A stretch of 64,000 nt of DNA, taken from NCBI GenBank assembly GCA_024137785.1, contig JAHRHZ010000111.1:27226991-27290990 (forward strand), in the 5' to 3' direction. The position numbers and the translations under genes are program-made. The notes under the pieces are model-generated. The model was not told where the DNA came from, ran no database searches, and saw nothing but the letters and a program-made list of their open reading frames with translations. This document shows positions 38,191 to 52,719 of this stretch, piece after piece (the first letter of the stretch is position 1; each line of letters begins with the position of its first letter). The DNA comes from Ginglymostoma cirratum (Eukaryota).

Positions 38191-39589
38191 ACGCTGCTGA
38201 AAATGATGAATAGCTCCAGCTGTTGTGGTTTTTTTTATGCTTTCAGATTTGCTGTGCATTTTTGCATTAGACTTTGGTATACTCCAAAGTGCTTGATCTT
38301 CCAGAAAATAAACCATGTGAAATCGCTTGCTGCTGCAATAGATTATCTGTGGGCACTAGTTGGTACTCCTGGTGGATACATTGTGGTTCCTGTTTGTTGC
38401 ATTACTTCACAATCCATCGAATGTTAAATAACATTTATCTTAGATACAGTTGGCTGAAGTCACAAACGCAGTAAAACAGGTACTGTGCAATGATAACTTA
38501 GATGAACAACACAACTCTTTTACCCAGGGCTCAGTTTAATAATGCTGCCTTTCTACTGTAATGAACCCTGTACCACCAGCTGTACCTGATATCCAATCCT
38601 ATCCTTGGTGTATTGCATCATTCTGATGTAATGTCTAGCAAGGCAAACATCTTGTGTATTAACCCCTTGAAAGAGCATAGATTATTATCTCTCTGACACT
38701 CTTGCACAGAACTGACTGCTCCAGTTAATTCAGAGATGCTGTATTTAATTAAATGTTAGTACCTCTGTTCACCTCATATCATGAGTGGAAGTATTATTCT
38801 TGCAGGTTTAACATGATGTGCAGCATAATTCTATAACATTAGCAGCTCCTAATCCAACATTTAGTAATAATATATCAATGATAACCTGAAATACGTGTTT
38901 TTTTTTACAGTTTTAATTAGTTCTTAACAGCAAAGTGATTGTTGAGTTACGAATGGGCATGCTACAAATGGTATTCAGTTTTCAATTAGTCAAAGGCAAC
39001 ATTTATGCTGCTTCTGTTGTAAATGGTGTATCAAGAGGTCAAATCTTAAGAAAAGTAAACATTCAGATTCCCTCTGCATAGAATAAATACTGTCTCTAAG
39101 TGCCTAATGTTTATATATCTCTACGTCACTGTCAGATCTATATTAATAGGAGAAGCAAAAGTCTTGCTGAAAACATCCTGCTCTCTGAAAATATTTTTAA
39201 ACAACCAGATGGTGGTCTAAGCATTTTGGGCCTTTCCTCAGGAATCCTGCATATCGTATTCTGCATGATTTAGCCTTTATCTCTGTGTATTAGTCAGGTC
39301 AGGAGTGCATCTCTAGTTGGCGATTGGACAGTAACCCAAATCCATCACACAGGCGAAGTGGTTGGCACATATTTCCATCACTTTAAAGCCTTTGTGACTC
39401 TGATTTATGCGAAGTCAGCATAGATATTTTTCAACAGTATACCTTCTTCACAAAATGTAAGGAAGTACATTGTGTGCCTGTTCAAAGTTGACGTAAGGAC
39501 AAATTACCAACTGTTTCTTCCAGCACTGTATCTTAACATGTAAAATTAATTACATATCAAAAGCACAACAGAGAAGAGTTCTCTGAATA

Positions 39590-39745
39590 TCATAGAATCC
39601 TACAATGAGGAAAGAGGCCAACTGGCCCATTGAGTATCACCAACTGTCTGATGAGCATCCCACCCAGACCTAGTGCCTGACCCCATCCCTGTAACCCTGC
39701 ATTTACCATTGCTAATCCACCAGACCTGCACATCTTTGGACTGAG
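39590..39745 (-). mobile_element. HE1-like SINE 3' fragment
   Basis: Reverse complement of 58530-58690. Confidence 0.65.
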
Positions 39746-39769
39746 GATTTTTTTTAAGATTCCAGTCCA

Positions 39770-40285
39770 CAGTATCAAATAGTTCAAATGACCCAAAGTA
39801 TAGCCCTTCCCCATTCCACCACTGTGGCAGCTGTTGCAAACTTCAGTGAATCCCTCAACACATCGTCCTGAGCCTTGGAATGTGGCAGTCTGCAACACTC
39901 AGTCATGGCCAACACTTTGCCCTTGGAGGCCAGCACATTTCAGACAGACCATAGAACATCTTTCACCAAATTGTAGGTCTTACAGCCACTGTTGATGCTT
40001 TTCTTGGTGTGCAGCTCTGGAAATAGCCCAGACAGCACCGATCACCAATCCACTTGGATGAACTATGGCAAAAGTCACTGCATCTGTTCCCAGTCATTCT
40101 TTACAAGGGCACACTTCAGAAGGAGATGGATCTTGTCTCCTGTACAGGCAGCCTAAATGCAACATTCACAGACAGTGGGAACTGTGGGAATGTACAAAGG
40201 ATCTGACGGGCAGGAACCTTCTCACGACCAGCCAAACTACATCTTGGCGCTTGTTTGAAAAGTCAGAGGAGTTGACAAAAAAAAC
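39770..40285 (-). mobile_element. L1/Tx1-clade LINE ORF2 C-terminal remnant
   Basis: Minus strand SDFSNKRQDVVWLVVRRFLPVRSFVH and HLLLKC (zf-RVT-like region). Confidence 0.6.
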
Positions 40286-42373
40286 TTATTCCTTTAGGTT
40301 ACCTGCATATTTTGCCCTCAATCACTATCCGCCAGAAAAATGTTGAAAGAATTGCTCCACGTGGTAGGCACAATCAAACAAATTAGTGACTTCTGCTTTG
40401 CAATTTTTGCATATGAGCTAAAACATGTTCCCGGTGAGCCCCCCAGTTATTAATTACGTTGGCCTGAATTTTCTAAGAGTAGCAATCACTGCCAGATCAC
40501 TGCTATTGTACCTCATTTCTTACCCAGCATTCATTTCCCTACATGGAGACCTAATTTGAACCTAATTTCTGATACTGGAGAGCTCAAAAATATCCAGTGT
40601 GTGCTTAGTCCAGCTAAATCCTTATTGTGTAGGAGATGTGGCTGTAGGTAAGCCACATCTTTTATTAAGAGCAGTGACTGCAGTATACTAGCAAGCTCAT
40701 TTATTTACTAACACATCGGACAGCTGTTCGATATTGAAACAGCATGTTAGGCAAGTGGGTAAGGGAATGAAGTAAGAGGGCAGGGTGGGTAGCACGGCAG
40801 GATGGGTAAAGTGGCAAAAGACAGGGTAGGTTGGGTGGCAGGTTGTGAGCATTGGTGAGTAAGTGGGGACTGTTCAAATTGTGTTGGAGGGAGGCAGGTT
40901 GGGTGGGTTCTGGAAAAGCAGGGGATTCCAGAGCCAATGGGTCAGGTTTATAGTTACACAGGATTTACAGTAAGTTCTGATCCTCTTAACTTTTCCTTGC
41001 TAAATATTTAGTTAAGTCAGTCAGAACCATCCAAAGTCTCTGACCTGAAGTCAGACACCGAATAATTTTCAATCAGAGGTTTAAACCACAGGAATTTCCT
41101 GTGTCATCCATGTATGAGGACTTCTGAGGTGACTATGTCCTGACGCATATCATTTAAGATATATCTAGTCTCTGACTTTCTGGAGGGCAGAAGATTTAGT
41201 CTGTTATGAAGTTATCTTTTAGGTCCTTTGGACCCCATGTGTTTAAGATGATTTATACCTTTGACTCAAAATTCTGGAGCTTCATTGAATGTAGTCCCGA
41301 CATCCCTCAATGTGGCTGATAAACTAAGCGACCAACAGATTGATTCTTTCCACATGATTCCAATGCATTTTGCATCAAGGGATGTATATTCACATAACAA
41401 TTAATTCTTACTTCTTGATGAATAATATATCTATATAAGAGAGAGGGTGTCTCAGGTTAAGCAGAGAAAGCAAAAAAAAAATGTGATCCTCCCCAACAGA
41501 GTTGAAATCAGGACTTGGAATAGCCCAGCTCTATCTGCCAACATCTTGTCTCCTATTGGATTTCATTCGGTCGATCCAAGTCAGGTTGAATGTAGAGTGC
41601 AAGAATGCATGGAAATATACACAGGAACATCCAAATAACAGGAAGAAATTATGTCAAGTTTTTAGACACAAAGAAAGAACTCACTCCAGTAGCAGTGCTT
41701 ATTTGGAACAATGACTCAAGTGAACCTCATGACCATTCATTGAAAGCAACAACAAAGATTGTGGGCCTCTGGTAATCTGGAGTCTGAAATCTCTTAAGTA
41801 CTCATAGCTTATCTGGTTTACATAAACTTCATCAATAAATAATTATTCTGCTGCAAAAAATATGGAGCCAGGATGCCTGAGGCTGCCATTTGTAAAGACA
41901 ATTTTAACATTGTCAACTTATGTCTGAAACTGCTGATGGAGGTCATGGCATTCACTTATGGAAAAAAAATGAAACAGTGGGTCTGTGTTAGATGCTGAGG
42001 AGGAGTTGTGTCCATCCGACAGCATATTATTGTGCTGTATGACATTATTGGCAAGCAGGTCACTGCGTTCAGATGAAATTAGTTTTGTGTAGGATTTTAG
42101 GAAGATTGTATTTAAACAGGTAAATGCCATTATTAATGTAACAGAAAAAAACTCTTGCAAATGCACAAATGCTTTTGTTGTTAATATTGTCTGCAATTCA
42201 CTTAACTAAATATACCAGCTTGTTTAGTTTTCACTTGAATAAACTGTTGAGTACTCACCACGTCAGCTGTTTGCTCAATGTCACTTTCAGTCATACTATC
42301 ACGAATATAATCGACCAACAGACCACCTCAGCCTCCAACTGTATTCGCTGAATGAAGAGTTTTTTAAAATAGT

Positions 42374-45313
42374 CAGAAGTCACACGACACCAGGTTATAG
42401 TCTAACAGGTTTATTTGAAATCACAAGCTTTTGGAACAAAGCCCCTTTGTCAGGTGAAGTGAGAGAGAAGCGCACAGAACACAGAATTTATGGGCAGAGA
42501 GATCAAGGGCAGAGAGATCAAAAGGTCGTACAAATGGTGAGTGGAGTGTAGAAATCCATCATTAACTTGTCTGACTGTACACTTCAACCAGATGAAATTG
42601 AAGTTCTCAGCCGAGGGCTCGATTTCTGCCCCACTACCAAAATGGACCCCATTGGCCTGGGGCCGGACACAGAGGAATTCATCAAGTGAATGAGGTTCCG
42701 GGAATTCTTCCACAAACCCCAAGATATCAACAGCGAGCCCGATAAGACAACCAATGAATCAGAACAGTCGACAGAGAGATCCATGGTGCAGTGACCAAAG
42801 AAGAAGGAGTAGAGTTGGACGCTTCGGGAAGGCCGGTGCCCCAGGCTCAACAAGTATGCTGAAACCATCAGGAGATGCGTTCATGCCAGATTCATCAGCT
42901 GCGCTCACAAGGTAGTGCAGAGCGTCACCCAAGGACAATGCAACGCCATCCATGCTCTCAAGACCAATCGCAACATTGTCATCAAACCAGCTGACAAAAG
43001 AGGAGCCATTGTCATGCAGAATAGAACAGACTACTGCAAGGAAGTGTACTGACAGCTGAACAACCAGGAACACTACAGACAACTACCTGTCGATCTGACC
43101 AAAGAGCGCACCCGTCAACTCAACAGACTGATCAAGACCTTTGATCCAGACGTTCACAGTACCCTAAGCACTCTCATCCTGCATGCTTCTCGTGTGCGGG
43201 ACTTCTACTGCCTTCCAAACATACACAAAGCCAACACACCTAGACATGCCATCGTATCAGGTAATGGGACCCTGTGTGGGAACCTCTCTGATTATGTCAA
43301 GGGCATTTTGAAACCCATTGTACAAGGAACCCCCAGCTTTTTCGTGACACCACAGATTTCTTACAGAAACCCAACACCCATGGACCAGTTGAACCAGGAA
43401 CATTCCTCGTCACAATGGATTGTTTGGCCTTCTACACCAGCATACCCCATGACAACAGCATTGCTGCAACAGCCTCAGTACTCAATACCAACAACTGCCA
43501 ATTTCAAGACACCATCCGACACCTCCTCCGCTTCATCCTCAACCACAACATCTTCACCTTCAACAACCAGTTCTTCATCCAGACACACAACCGCCATGGG
43601 GACCAAATTTGCACCCCAATATGCCAACATTTTTATGAACAAGTTCGAGCAAGACTTCTTTACTGCACAGAATTTCCAACCAATGCTTTACACCAGAAAC
43701 ATTGACATTTAATTCCTTCGGACTCATGGCAAGGAATCACTGAAACAACGACATAGTAATATCAACAAGTTTCTTCCTACCATTAGACTTACCATGGACT
43801 ACTCTTCAGAATCAGTCTTGTTCTTGGACACACGCACCTCCATCCAGGACGGGCACCTCCATACCTCACTCTACCGCAAGCCCATGGATAAACTCATGAT
43901 GCTGCACTTCTCTAGCTTCCAGCCTAAACATATTAAAGACGTCATCCCCTACGGACAAGCCCTGCACATCCACAGGATCTGCTCAGATAAGGAGGAGCAC
44001 GACGGGCACCTAGAGATTTTGAAGGTTGCCCTCATAAGAACAGGATATGATGCTCAACTCATCGATCGCCAGTTCTGACATGCCACAGTGAAAAACAGCA
44101 ATGACCTCCTCAGAAGACAGACTCAGGACACGCCGACAGAGTACCCTTTATCACCCAGTACTTCCATGGAAAGGAGAGACTATGCCATGTTCTTTGCAGC
44201 CTTCAATATGTCATCGTTGATGACAAGCATCTCGCCCTGATCACCCCTTCGCCTCCATTTCTCCCCAACAAGCAACTGCCAAACTTTAAACGGACTATCA
44301 TTCGCAGCTAACTACCCAGTCTTCAGGACAAAATCGATCACAACAGGACACAACCCTGCCATGGCAATCTCTACAAGACATGACAGACCATCGACATGGA
44401 TACTACCATCACACGTGGGAACATCATCCACCACGTGATTACCTACACGGCAGATAATCATGTGATTCGGCCAATGTCGTCTATCTCATACGCTACAGCA
44501 TGGTAAATTGGTGAGACCATGCAGATGCTATGACAATGGATGAATGGACACCACACAACAATCGTCAGACAGCAATGTTCTCTCCCAGTCAGGGAACACT
44601 TTAGCGGTCAAGTCATTCAGCCTCTGATCTTCGAGTATGCGTCCACCAAGGTGGCCTTCAAGACACACACACAACAACACAGAATCGCCGAGCAGAAACT
44701 GATAGCCAAGTTCCATACCCATCAAGACGGCCTCAACCATGATCTTGGGTTCATGTCACATTGCATGTGACCCCACCACATTGTTCTACATCTGCAAAAT
44801 CTTCCTTATTCTCTTGTTGTGACACCATCACCTGGATAAATTGTTGTGATCTCTCTACCTTAATTAGTTTGTACAGTTTTGGATCACTTGTTACTTTGGT
44901 TAGACTCTCAGCATACGTCTCTTATACTTATCATGTTATTCCAGTTGTTTGGTTTGTCTCCAGCTCCACCTTATTTTTAATATTTTGTAATTATCTCTCT
45001 GCCTCATTTAATCAGATTGTAAATCATCCCTTCACTTGTTATTCAGCTGTTGACACTTTACTCACATTGTCTAACTTTTCTGATCACTTGCAGAGACTTA
45101 TTATTCGACAATCCACACACACCATTCGTATAATCTTTTGATCTCTCTGCCCATAAATTCTGTGTCTGTGTGCTTCTCTCTAACTTCACCTGACCAAGTG
45201 GCTATGCTCCGAAAGCTTGTGATTTCAAATAAACCTGTTGGGCTATAATCTGGTGTTGTGTAACTTCTGACTTTATCCATCCCAGTCCAACACTGGCACC
45301 TCTGCATCATTTC
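42374..45313 (+). mobile_element. Near full-length degraded Penelope-like retroelement (family C) with inverted 5' pLTR
   Basis: IKPADK, FYCLPNIHK, AMGTKFAPQYANIFM, YTRNIDI, LYRKP and GIY-YIG remnants; 42374-42540 is the inverse of 45120-45272; TSD ttaaaatagt 42364-42373 / 45314-45323. Confidence 0.9.
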
Positions 45314-45486
45314 TTAAAATAGTGAGAATAGAATTAAGATAGTGAAAGGACCAGGCAGAAATGAGGTTTTCTTTTAATGCAGTGCCTCGTTAGGATTTGA
45401 AATGCATTGCCCAAAAAAATGGGTTAGATGGAGGCAGATTCCAAATGAAATTGGAAATGCTTGACAAGGAAACATTTGAAGGGCTA

Positions 45487-45635
45487 GAGATAGTAGGAAC
45501 TGCAGATGCTGGAGAATCTGAGATAACAAGGTGTGGGGCTGGAGGGTCTAGGCCTGAAACATCAAGGTTTCCTGCTCCTATGATGCTGCTTGGCCTGCTG
45601 TGTTCAACCAGCTCTACACCTTGTTATCTCTATAC
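45487..45635. mobile_element. Short fold-back family A insertion inside a CR1 3' fragment
   Basis: TSD ttgaagggcta 45476-45486 / 45636-45646. Confidence 0.8.
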
Positions 45636-46139
45636 TTGAAGGGCTATGCAGCAAAGGCAAGGGAGTGAGACAAAATTGGATTTTTTTCTTTCATGAACTG
45701 AGGAGTCTATAGGCTGAATGGGCTCCTTGCATTCCTTATGATAGACCATTGTGGATTAGAATTTAATAGTAATTTGTAAATGTTTCTTAGGCTTATCTGA
45801 AGTTCATTTTTACTCGTGTTTCAGAAGTCCCATGAATGTTTTGTTGTAAATGGATTAAACAAATTGATAATAATCCCCACCTTGAGGAGCAAAAGATGAT
45901 TTGGAGGAGAGGTTGAACAGGGGACACATACATGCCCCTTCCCTTTTCATAGCAGTGTTGTTTTTGACATGTGTATGTCCCACCTCAGTGGAATTACATG
46001 ATAGTTAACATATTTTAATACAGGATGTGGAGGTACCAATGTTGGACTGGGTTAGGCAAGGTCAGAAGTCAGACGACACCAGGTTGTAGTCCAGGTTTAT
46101 TTTAATTCACAAGCTTCTGGAGTGTTGCCCCTTCATTCA

Positions 46140-46450
46140 GTCCAGCAAGTCCACGCCAACCCTCTGAACAGCATCCCACACAGACCCACGGTATCCCAAT
46201 GACTCTGCATTTCCCATTGCTCATCCACCTAGCCTGCAGATCATAGAACACTATGGGCAATTTAACACAGCAATCCACCTAACCTGCACATCATTGGATT
46301 GTGGGAGGAAACTGGAGCACCCAGAGGAAACCCACACAGACACGGGGAGAATGTGCAAACTCCACACTGACAGTCACCCGAGCTAGAATTGAACCCGGGT
46401 CCCAGATGCTGTGAGACAGCAGCGCTAATCACTGAGCCACCATGCTGCCC
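46140..46450 (-). mobile_element. HE1-like V-SINE, abutting a family C pLTR fragment (46022-46138)
   Basis: Minus-strand head gggcagcatggtggctcagtgattagc (A box) and ggttcaattc (B box); V-domain tgtggagtttgcacattctccccgtg. Confidence 0.85.
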
Positions 46451-49300
46451 ATACTGAGCCATTGTGCTGCCTTTTCAAGAAATGTTTGGCGTTATCAAGA
46501 TCATGGCAACTTGTCATCGGGAATGAAAGGTATTTCTACTTCTGTCACTGCTGTTTAGCATTAAGCATTTCTACATTACTTGTCCCAAAACATACCTCGA
46601 CTCAAAATTCTGAATGCGTAACTGCACTGGCTTGGCATTGCCACTGGTCAGACTAGCTAGCATGGAAACCTTGAGTACAATTTGGTTTAATGCAACGTTA
46701 TCGAAGGTACATCCTTAACCAAAGGTCAGAAGTGAAGATTTCGTGATGAACAGTTATTCTGTGATTTTTGCCTGATTAATGCGGGGATCAGGAAATACTT
46801 ATTCAAAAACAATCCTTCAGAAGATGAGATGATCTGAATGAAACCCTTGATAGATGCAAGTGTACGTGCTTTGTAGCTGGACTGAGGTTGATTGAGTTGA
46901 ATTGATGTTTCTCATTTTGTGCCTTCTTGTGTTTGGCTTTATCTTACAACTTTTTAGATACTATGCCTGATACTTAAAATCAGTCACAGAGTCATAGAAT
47001 TTTACAGCATAACCATTCAACTTATAGTGGCTGTGTTTAATCTCTGTGAAAGCTATCATCTTAGTTTTATTCCCTAATCTTTCCCCTAAACACTTTCCAA
47101 TTTTTAAAGTTTTTTTTTCAAATAGTTATGCACCTCTCCCAATATCCACTTTGAATTTTCAAATGATTGTGAGTCCTGGTTCCCTGTCACTTCTGGTTCC
47201 AAACCATTCTGTGCTCAAATGATTGTCCACATCTCCAAAACTCTGATCTTCAATTTATGCCTGCTAGTTACTCACATACTGAGCAGTGGATATAATGTTT
47301 CCTTACTTATCAGAATACATTTAATTTTGAGAACTCCCAACAATTCTCCCCCATTCTATTTTCTGTTGAAAAGAAACCCCTTCTCTCATCTTTCCCCATA
47401 ACTAAAGCTTTCATCCCTGGACTCACTGTAGAGTATTTTTCATTCGCCACAAGTTGTGGAAAGGGAGATGATCATCTCCTATGTATGGTTGGTACATTCA
47501 GAACAACGAGAATGGCTGTAAGCTCTGATGAATATTCGTCATGCGTCAACTTGTTACAGTGCTTGAGGTGCGGTGACCAATTTCTGATAGCTGAGCAATT
47601 ACTTAACATGAGAAACTTTTCGAAATGCCATATTGCACTCGTTGAAATTGTCCAGTTTTCTCAGTAACAGCCACAATCCACACTCCCCGTGGCACAGCCC
47701 ACAAAGAAAGGAGAAATGAAATGATTCATGAGCAAATGCAATGAACTATATTTTTCTTTTCCCTCTTGATTGACAGCACACAGGAGATTGAGAAAATAAA
47801 ATGCTGTACTTAATTAATTTTTCTGCCTGGGTTGTTAGTGTTACTACAAGTTCCTGCTGTAAATGACAAAAAAGTTTGTTTATCACTTCCTCATGGTCTA
47901 AAGTGATGAAGTATAGAAGCAAAGGCCATTTGAGAGATAATACCTCAAAGGCAAGTTTCCCCGAGGGGTTACTTCCTATTGTGTCATTGTCTGGAGCCAG
48001 TGAGGAGGGATAAAAAATCACAACACGAAATGCAGGTTTTATGTTTCTTCAGTAAGAAAGATGTTGTCTGCCAATTGCTAGTTCATCTCAAAGCTGTTGA
48101 GCTCTTTTCATCTTCCAGCCTTCTTTCTCTGACAATTTTCAATCTTTTAAAAGCTGATTCACTGCTTCCTAATTTTTTTTATTCTTTTCTAACCTTGCCT
48201 TGTTCTACCACCTTGGTTTTCCAACAGAACAAATGCCATCCTTGTGTCTATTTGCAAGAGAATGAATCACCGTTAGCTTTGTCAATGTGATTTTGTCTTC
48301 ACATGTCAGCAAAGCAGATGTGGATATCAGATAGCAAGTTTCAAGACTCATTTACTTAGAAGAGGCTGTTCAGATCAGATTAGAGTTTGAGAGAACAAAG
48401 TCTGAGTGACTGACTTTTAACTGATTTATGGAGTAGAACTTCTGCTTTGGGCACATTTGAAAAAATTTCATTCAAATTGCCCTTGAATTGATTCTAGTTA
48501 GATTGCAGTTCAAGTTTCCACTACAATTTATTTGCATGGTTACAAACATGTATTTTCCATGAAGTTGAACGTGCAGGGAAAGTAATAGAGTGTAATTATG
48601 TGTTCTTGCTTTTTCTTAAACCAATACTCCTTGATTGATTCTAAGTGTGGTATCCTGGTGCAGGTTTATTAATTTGGCTGGGGAAAAAAACACTTTTGGT
48701 AAGGTTCTGTTTAAAATCTCTGAAAATTACCCAAATAATTGTACTGAGCTAAATGATAGTTTGATTATTTGAAATTAACTTTTTTTTACAATAAACAAAA
48801 CTGTGTATTTGAGGAACATAGCTGAATCACTGCAACTTACGGAATCTCACAAAAGGTGACCAGAGAATGTGGCAGGTTTTTTAGGCTGATCCAGGTAAAC
48901 TTAATATTGAACCAGTGTAGGAGATTGCAGAAAACAGAACTACAATTGCTTTTGGGTGTGATTTAGTTTAAAATTCCATGGTGGTTTGTACAAGTTGAAT
49001 TGACTGTACTGTAATCAGTGTGCAACACTAGCACAATGAGCAGAAAATTGAACCCTCTGCCTCTGAACAATATCTTTATTTTCTCAGAAGCCTTTTGAAA
49101 AAAAATCTTTAATCTAAAATGAACAGTAATCTTGAATTAGGAGGGTTTAATAGTATTCACTCTTAAAACTCATGTGAGCTCTGATAAACTGTAAGAGCAA
49201 ACCCATGAAGTAACCTGAAATATCATTGCGTGTTTGATGTTCACCATGCGACCGTAGCAAACAAAAAGGCCATGGACAAAAGTCAGAGTGACTATTATTG

Positions 49301-49868
49301 AGATAACAAGGTGTACAGCTGGATGAACACAGCAGGCCAAGCAGCATCAGAAGAGCNNNNNNNNNNNNNNNNNNNNNNNNNNNNNNNNNNNNNNNNNNNN
49401 NNNNNNNNNNNNNNNNNNNNNNNNNNNNNNNNNNNNNNNNNNNNNNNNNNNNNNNNNNNNNNNNNNNNNNNNNNNNNNNNNNNNNNNNNNNNNNNNNNNN
49501 NNNNNNNNNNNNNNNNNNNNNNNNNNNNNNNNNNNNNNNNNNNNNNNNNNNNNNNNNNNNNNNNNNNNNNNNNNNNNNNNNNNNNNNNNNNNNNNNNNNN
49601 NNNNNNNNNNNNNNNNNNNNNNNNNNNNNNNNNNNNNNNNNNNNNNNNNNNNNNNNNNNNNNNNNNNNNNNNNNNNNNNNNNNNNNNNNNNNNNNNNNNN
49701 NNNNNNNNNNNNNNNNNNNNNNNNNNNNNNNNNNNNNNNNNNNNNNNNNNNNNNNNGCCGGAAACGTCAGCCTTCCTGCTCTTCTGATGCTGCTTGGCCT
49801 GCTGTGTTCATCCAGCTGTACACCTTGTTATCTCAGGTTCTTCAGCATCTGCAGTTCCTACTATCTCT
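49301..49868. mobile_element. Fold-back family A insertion with a 400-N gap inside
   Basis: Inverted arms around the gap 49357-49756; TSD gtgactattattg 49288-49300 / 49869-49881. Confidence 0.85.
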
Positions 49869-50646
49869 GTGACTATTATTGCTTATGTTTGTGGAGCTAG
49901 GAAGACTGTATACAGTATTAGACAAGTGTGACATTTTTAAGTCTGTTGGTTTTTACCGGCGGCTTTAATCTACTGATATTTTAAAAAATGAATTATTGCA
50001 ATCATTAATATCAGAAGGGTAGATATATGATAGGATTCAGAATCCACATATAATTTTTCAAGTTAGTAGGTATTCCCTTGGTGTTACTTACTCAGTCCAG
50101 AGAATGCACTAAGGTATTGACATTTGAATGATGATGGTTTGACAGGAATGACACGAGCAAACCTGCCAACTGGCCTGTTCTTGATATATATCACGTTCTG
50201 TTTACATTTTACTTAGACCAATTGCAGTCTTCAACTGGGGAAATATAGGCTGTGGAGAATAGATAAACCATGGTGGGCAGCCATAATTCACAGCTCATTT
50301 CAAAGTTACAGGATTGAAATTTCTAGCAGCAAAAATGGGTAATCAGTGAAAAAAAAGACCATTTGAATAATTTTTCTAGAGTTTCCATACACTGTCTGCT
50401 AATTTGAATAGAGAGATCAGCACAATTTTGACGAAATTAAATGCCATACTTTAAAAGTCAAAGAGGAGTCACAACTTGGTAGAAAGAACATGGGAGACGG
50501 TGAGAACGGCACTATCCCTAAGGACGTGCAGGAGCACAGAGACCTGGGTGTATAAGTGCATAAGTCACCAAGGTGATAGGACAGGTAAAGAGAACACAGA
50601 AACAAACATAATAGAAGGATAGAGTACACAAGTAAGGAGGGTATTC

Positions 50647-51347
50647 CAAGATGGCAGTGGACTAGCAAATCTCGTTCACATACATCTGCCTTTCTTTCTT
50701 TTTGCTTTTGCTTTTTCTTTTCTTCTCCCCCTTTTGTTTAAAGTCTTTTGCTTCAGTGAGGCATTGGTGATGGGCCCTGCCCGAACATGTTACAGGACCC
50801 AGTTATGGCACCGGTAGTTATAGAGTCAGAGGTGGCGGTGGCTGCAGGAGGAAATCAGAGACGCTAGCATCAGTGGCAGAAAACACTCAACTCCTCCCGA
50901 GACTCCACGCTGTGGCTTGGCCCAGGTGCCTACATGGAGACAAGACTTAAATAAAACTTTAATGTCTGAAAGTTTCTCATTCCTTTTGGCTTTGTTTTCT
51001 TTATTTCTGCTCTATTTTTATTCTGGTTTTGTGATCAAGTGTGTAACCAAGATGGCGCCGGTTAAGTTGGTGGAGGCCAGAGGGCATCGAAAGAGTGGCA
51101 ACTTTCATTCCAAAGATGGCGAGGAGCTCTCACGCCTGGCCATCAGGCCCAAGACCCGTGGTGGAGCACTTAACAAGAAGGACTGTAAAGCTGAACACTT
51201 TTTCTTTATTTCTTCATTTTTCTGCCTCTGCATTCCATGTTTTGGTTTTTTTTGTGTTTTAAGATGGTTTTGGAGAGTGGCGACACAATACAACTCTTTT
51301 CACTGTATTTTGGAATGAAAAATGCGTGACAATAAATCAAATCAAAT
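50647..51347 (+). mobile_element. Unclassified non-autonomous retroposon inserted into a decayed CR1 (50490-51870)
   Basis: Internal repeats starting caagatggc; ends gtgacaataaatcaaatcaaat; similar tail at 61250-61448. Confidence 0.45.
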
Positions 51348-51928
51348 GCTGAACTTATATAAGATGTTAGTTGGACCTGAGCTGGAGTATTATGTGTGGA
51401 CTGGGCATCACACTTTACGAAAAATGTGAACACATAGGAAAGAGAGCAAAAACATTTCACAAGAATGACTCCAAGAATGAGACACTTACAAAGAACAGTT
51501 GGAGAACTTTGGGCCGTTTTCCTTGGAGAGGAGAAGGCCAGGAGGTTTTGGCAAAATAGATAGGGAGAAATTTGTTCCTCTTAAAAAAAGGGGTGACATG
51601 GAAGCTAATTTGCAAAAGAAGTAAATGTGTTGTGAGGAGAAAAAAGCTTCATTTCACCTAGCATTTGGTAGGGATCTGGAATGCTTAGCCTGGAAATGCA
51701 GTGAAGGTAAGTTTGACTGAGGCATTCAGGAAGACAGGAAGGGGATTTCATAGATGGAAACATCCAGGGTGATGGGGAAACGTCAGAAGTGTGGCAGTAA
51801 GTCATAATGGCGATTCAGAGTTCTGGAGCAGATGGGCCAAATGGCCTTAATCTGAACTGTAATAATTCTGTTCTTCTGGATGTTGTTTCCCTAGTGATAA
51901 AAATAACTAATTAGCACTCAGTCATGGG

Positions 51929-52612
51929 TATTATGTACAAACCCACTCGACCCTCTTGTGGAGGCACTGTGCCGTTAAGTGAGATTTGTTCTGTGCTGTT
52001 TCTCTTGCAGAGATGTGTTGCCAGTGGTGCAGGAATGTCTGCTTCCGAAGCAGTGGGTAAACAACTTTGAGTTCTTTGAGTTTTTTTTCAAAATTAGACA
52101 AAAGAAGCATGAGTGGTGGAGTCAGGCTCATACAGACCCTGGATTTCAGTTGAAGTTGGAGTTTGAAGCTGATGGATATAGCTTTCTTTTTGCTGCAGCA
52201 AAAGAATCTTGAGTTTTCGCTCTCTGCTCCTGGCTGGTACGCTTTGGTGTTCAATCCTTCTTGACTGGAAGAGACAGCAAGCGAGCAAAATCTGTTCTGC
52301 TGAATTTGCCTTCACTTAGGGTTTGTTTATGAGATATTGCCATATTGGAACAGTTGATGATTGGTAGTTAAATTATGTATTCTGTTGTAAGTATTTCAAT
52401 AGAGTTAAAATTATGTCAAATTATTATTTTTGTTTGTATTTTTAACTATGTGGTAAGAATAAAGTTGTGTTTTGCTTAAACCTGAGTAATTTGACCAATT
52501 GAGTCACATCTGCAACACACAGTGCCTTACACTTGACTTTAAATAAGATAAAAATTTGGATCTAGGTTATCTCCTTGATATATTTTGAGGGGATTTAGTC
52601 TAGTCCATAACA
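51929..52612 (+). mobile_element. Probable solo LTR (Gypsy-type)
   Basis: tattatg...cataaca termini (decayed TGTTATG/CATAACA), AATAAA at about 52458. Confidence 0.55.
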
Positions 52613-52719
52613 ATATCTCCACAGACAAATAGAATTTAGACAAATTATCTAAAGGTAGAATTTTGATCAAATTTAATTCTACTGTATGTTTTGGGAAGTG
52701 CAATTAGATCCTGTTAAGG

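Noticed and set aside
46380-46450. tRNA gene (also 58381-58450 and 15620-15708)
   Set aside because: A/B boxes belong to retroposon heads; no complete cloverleaf
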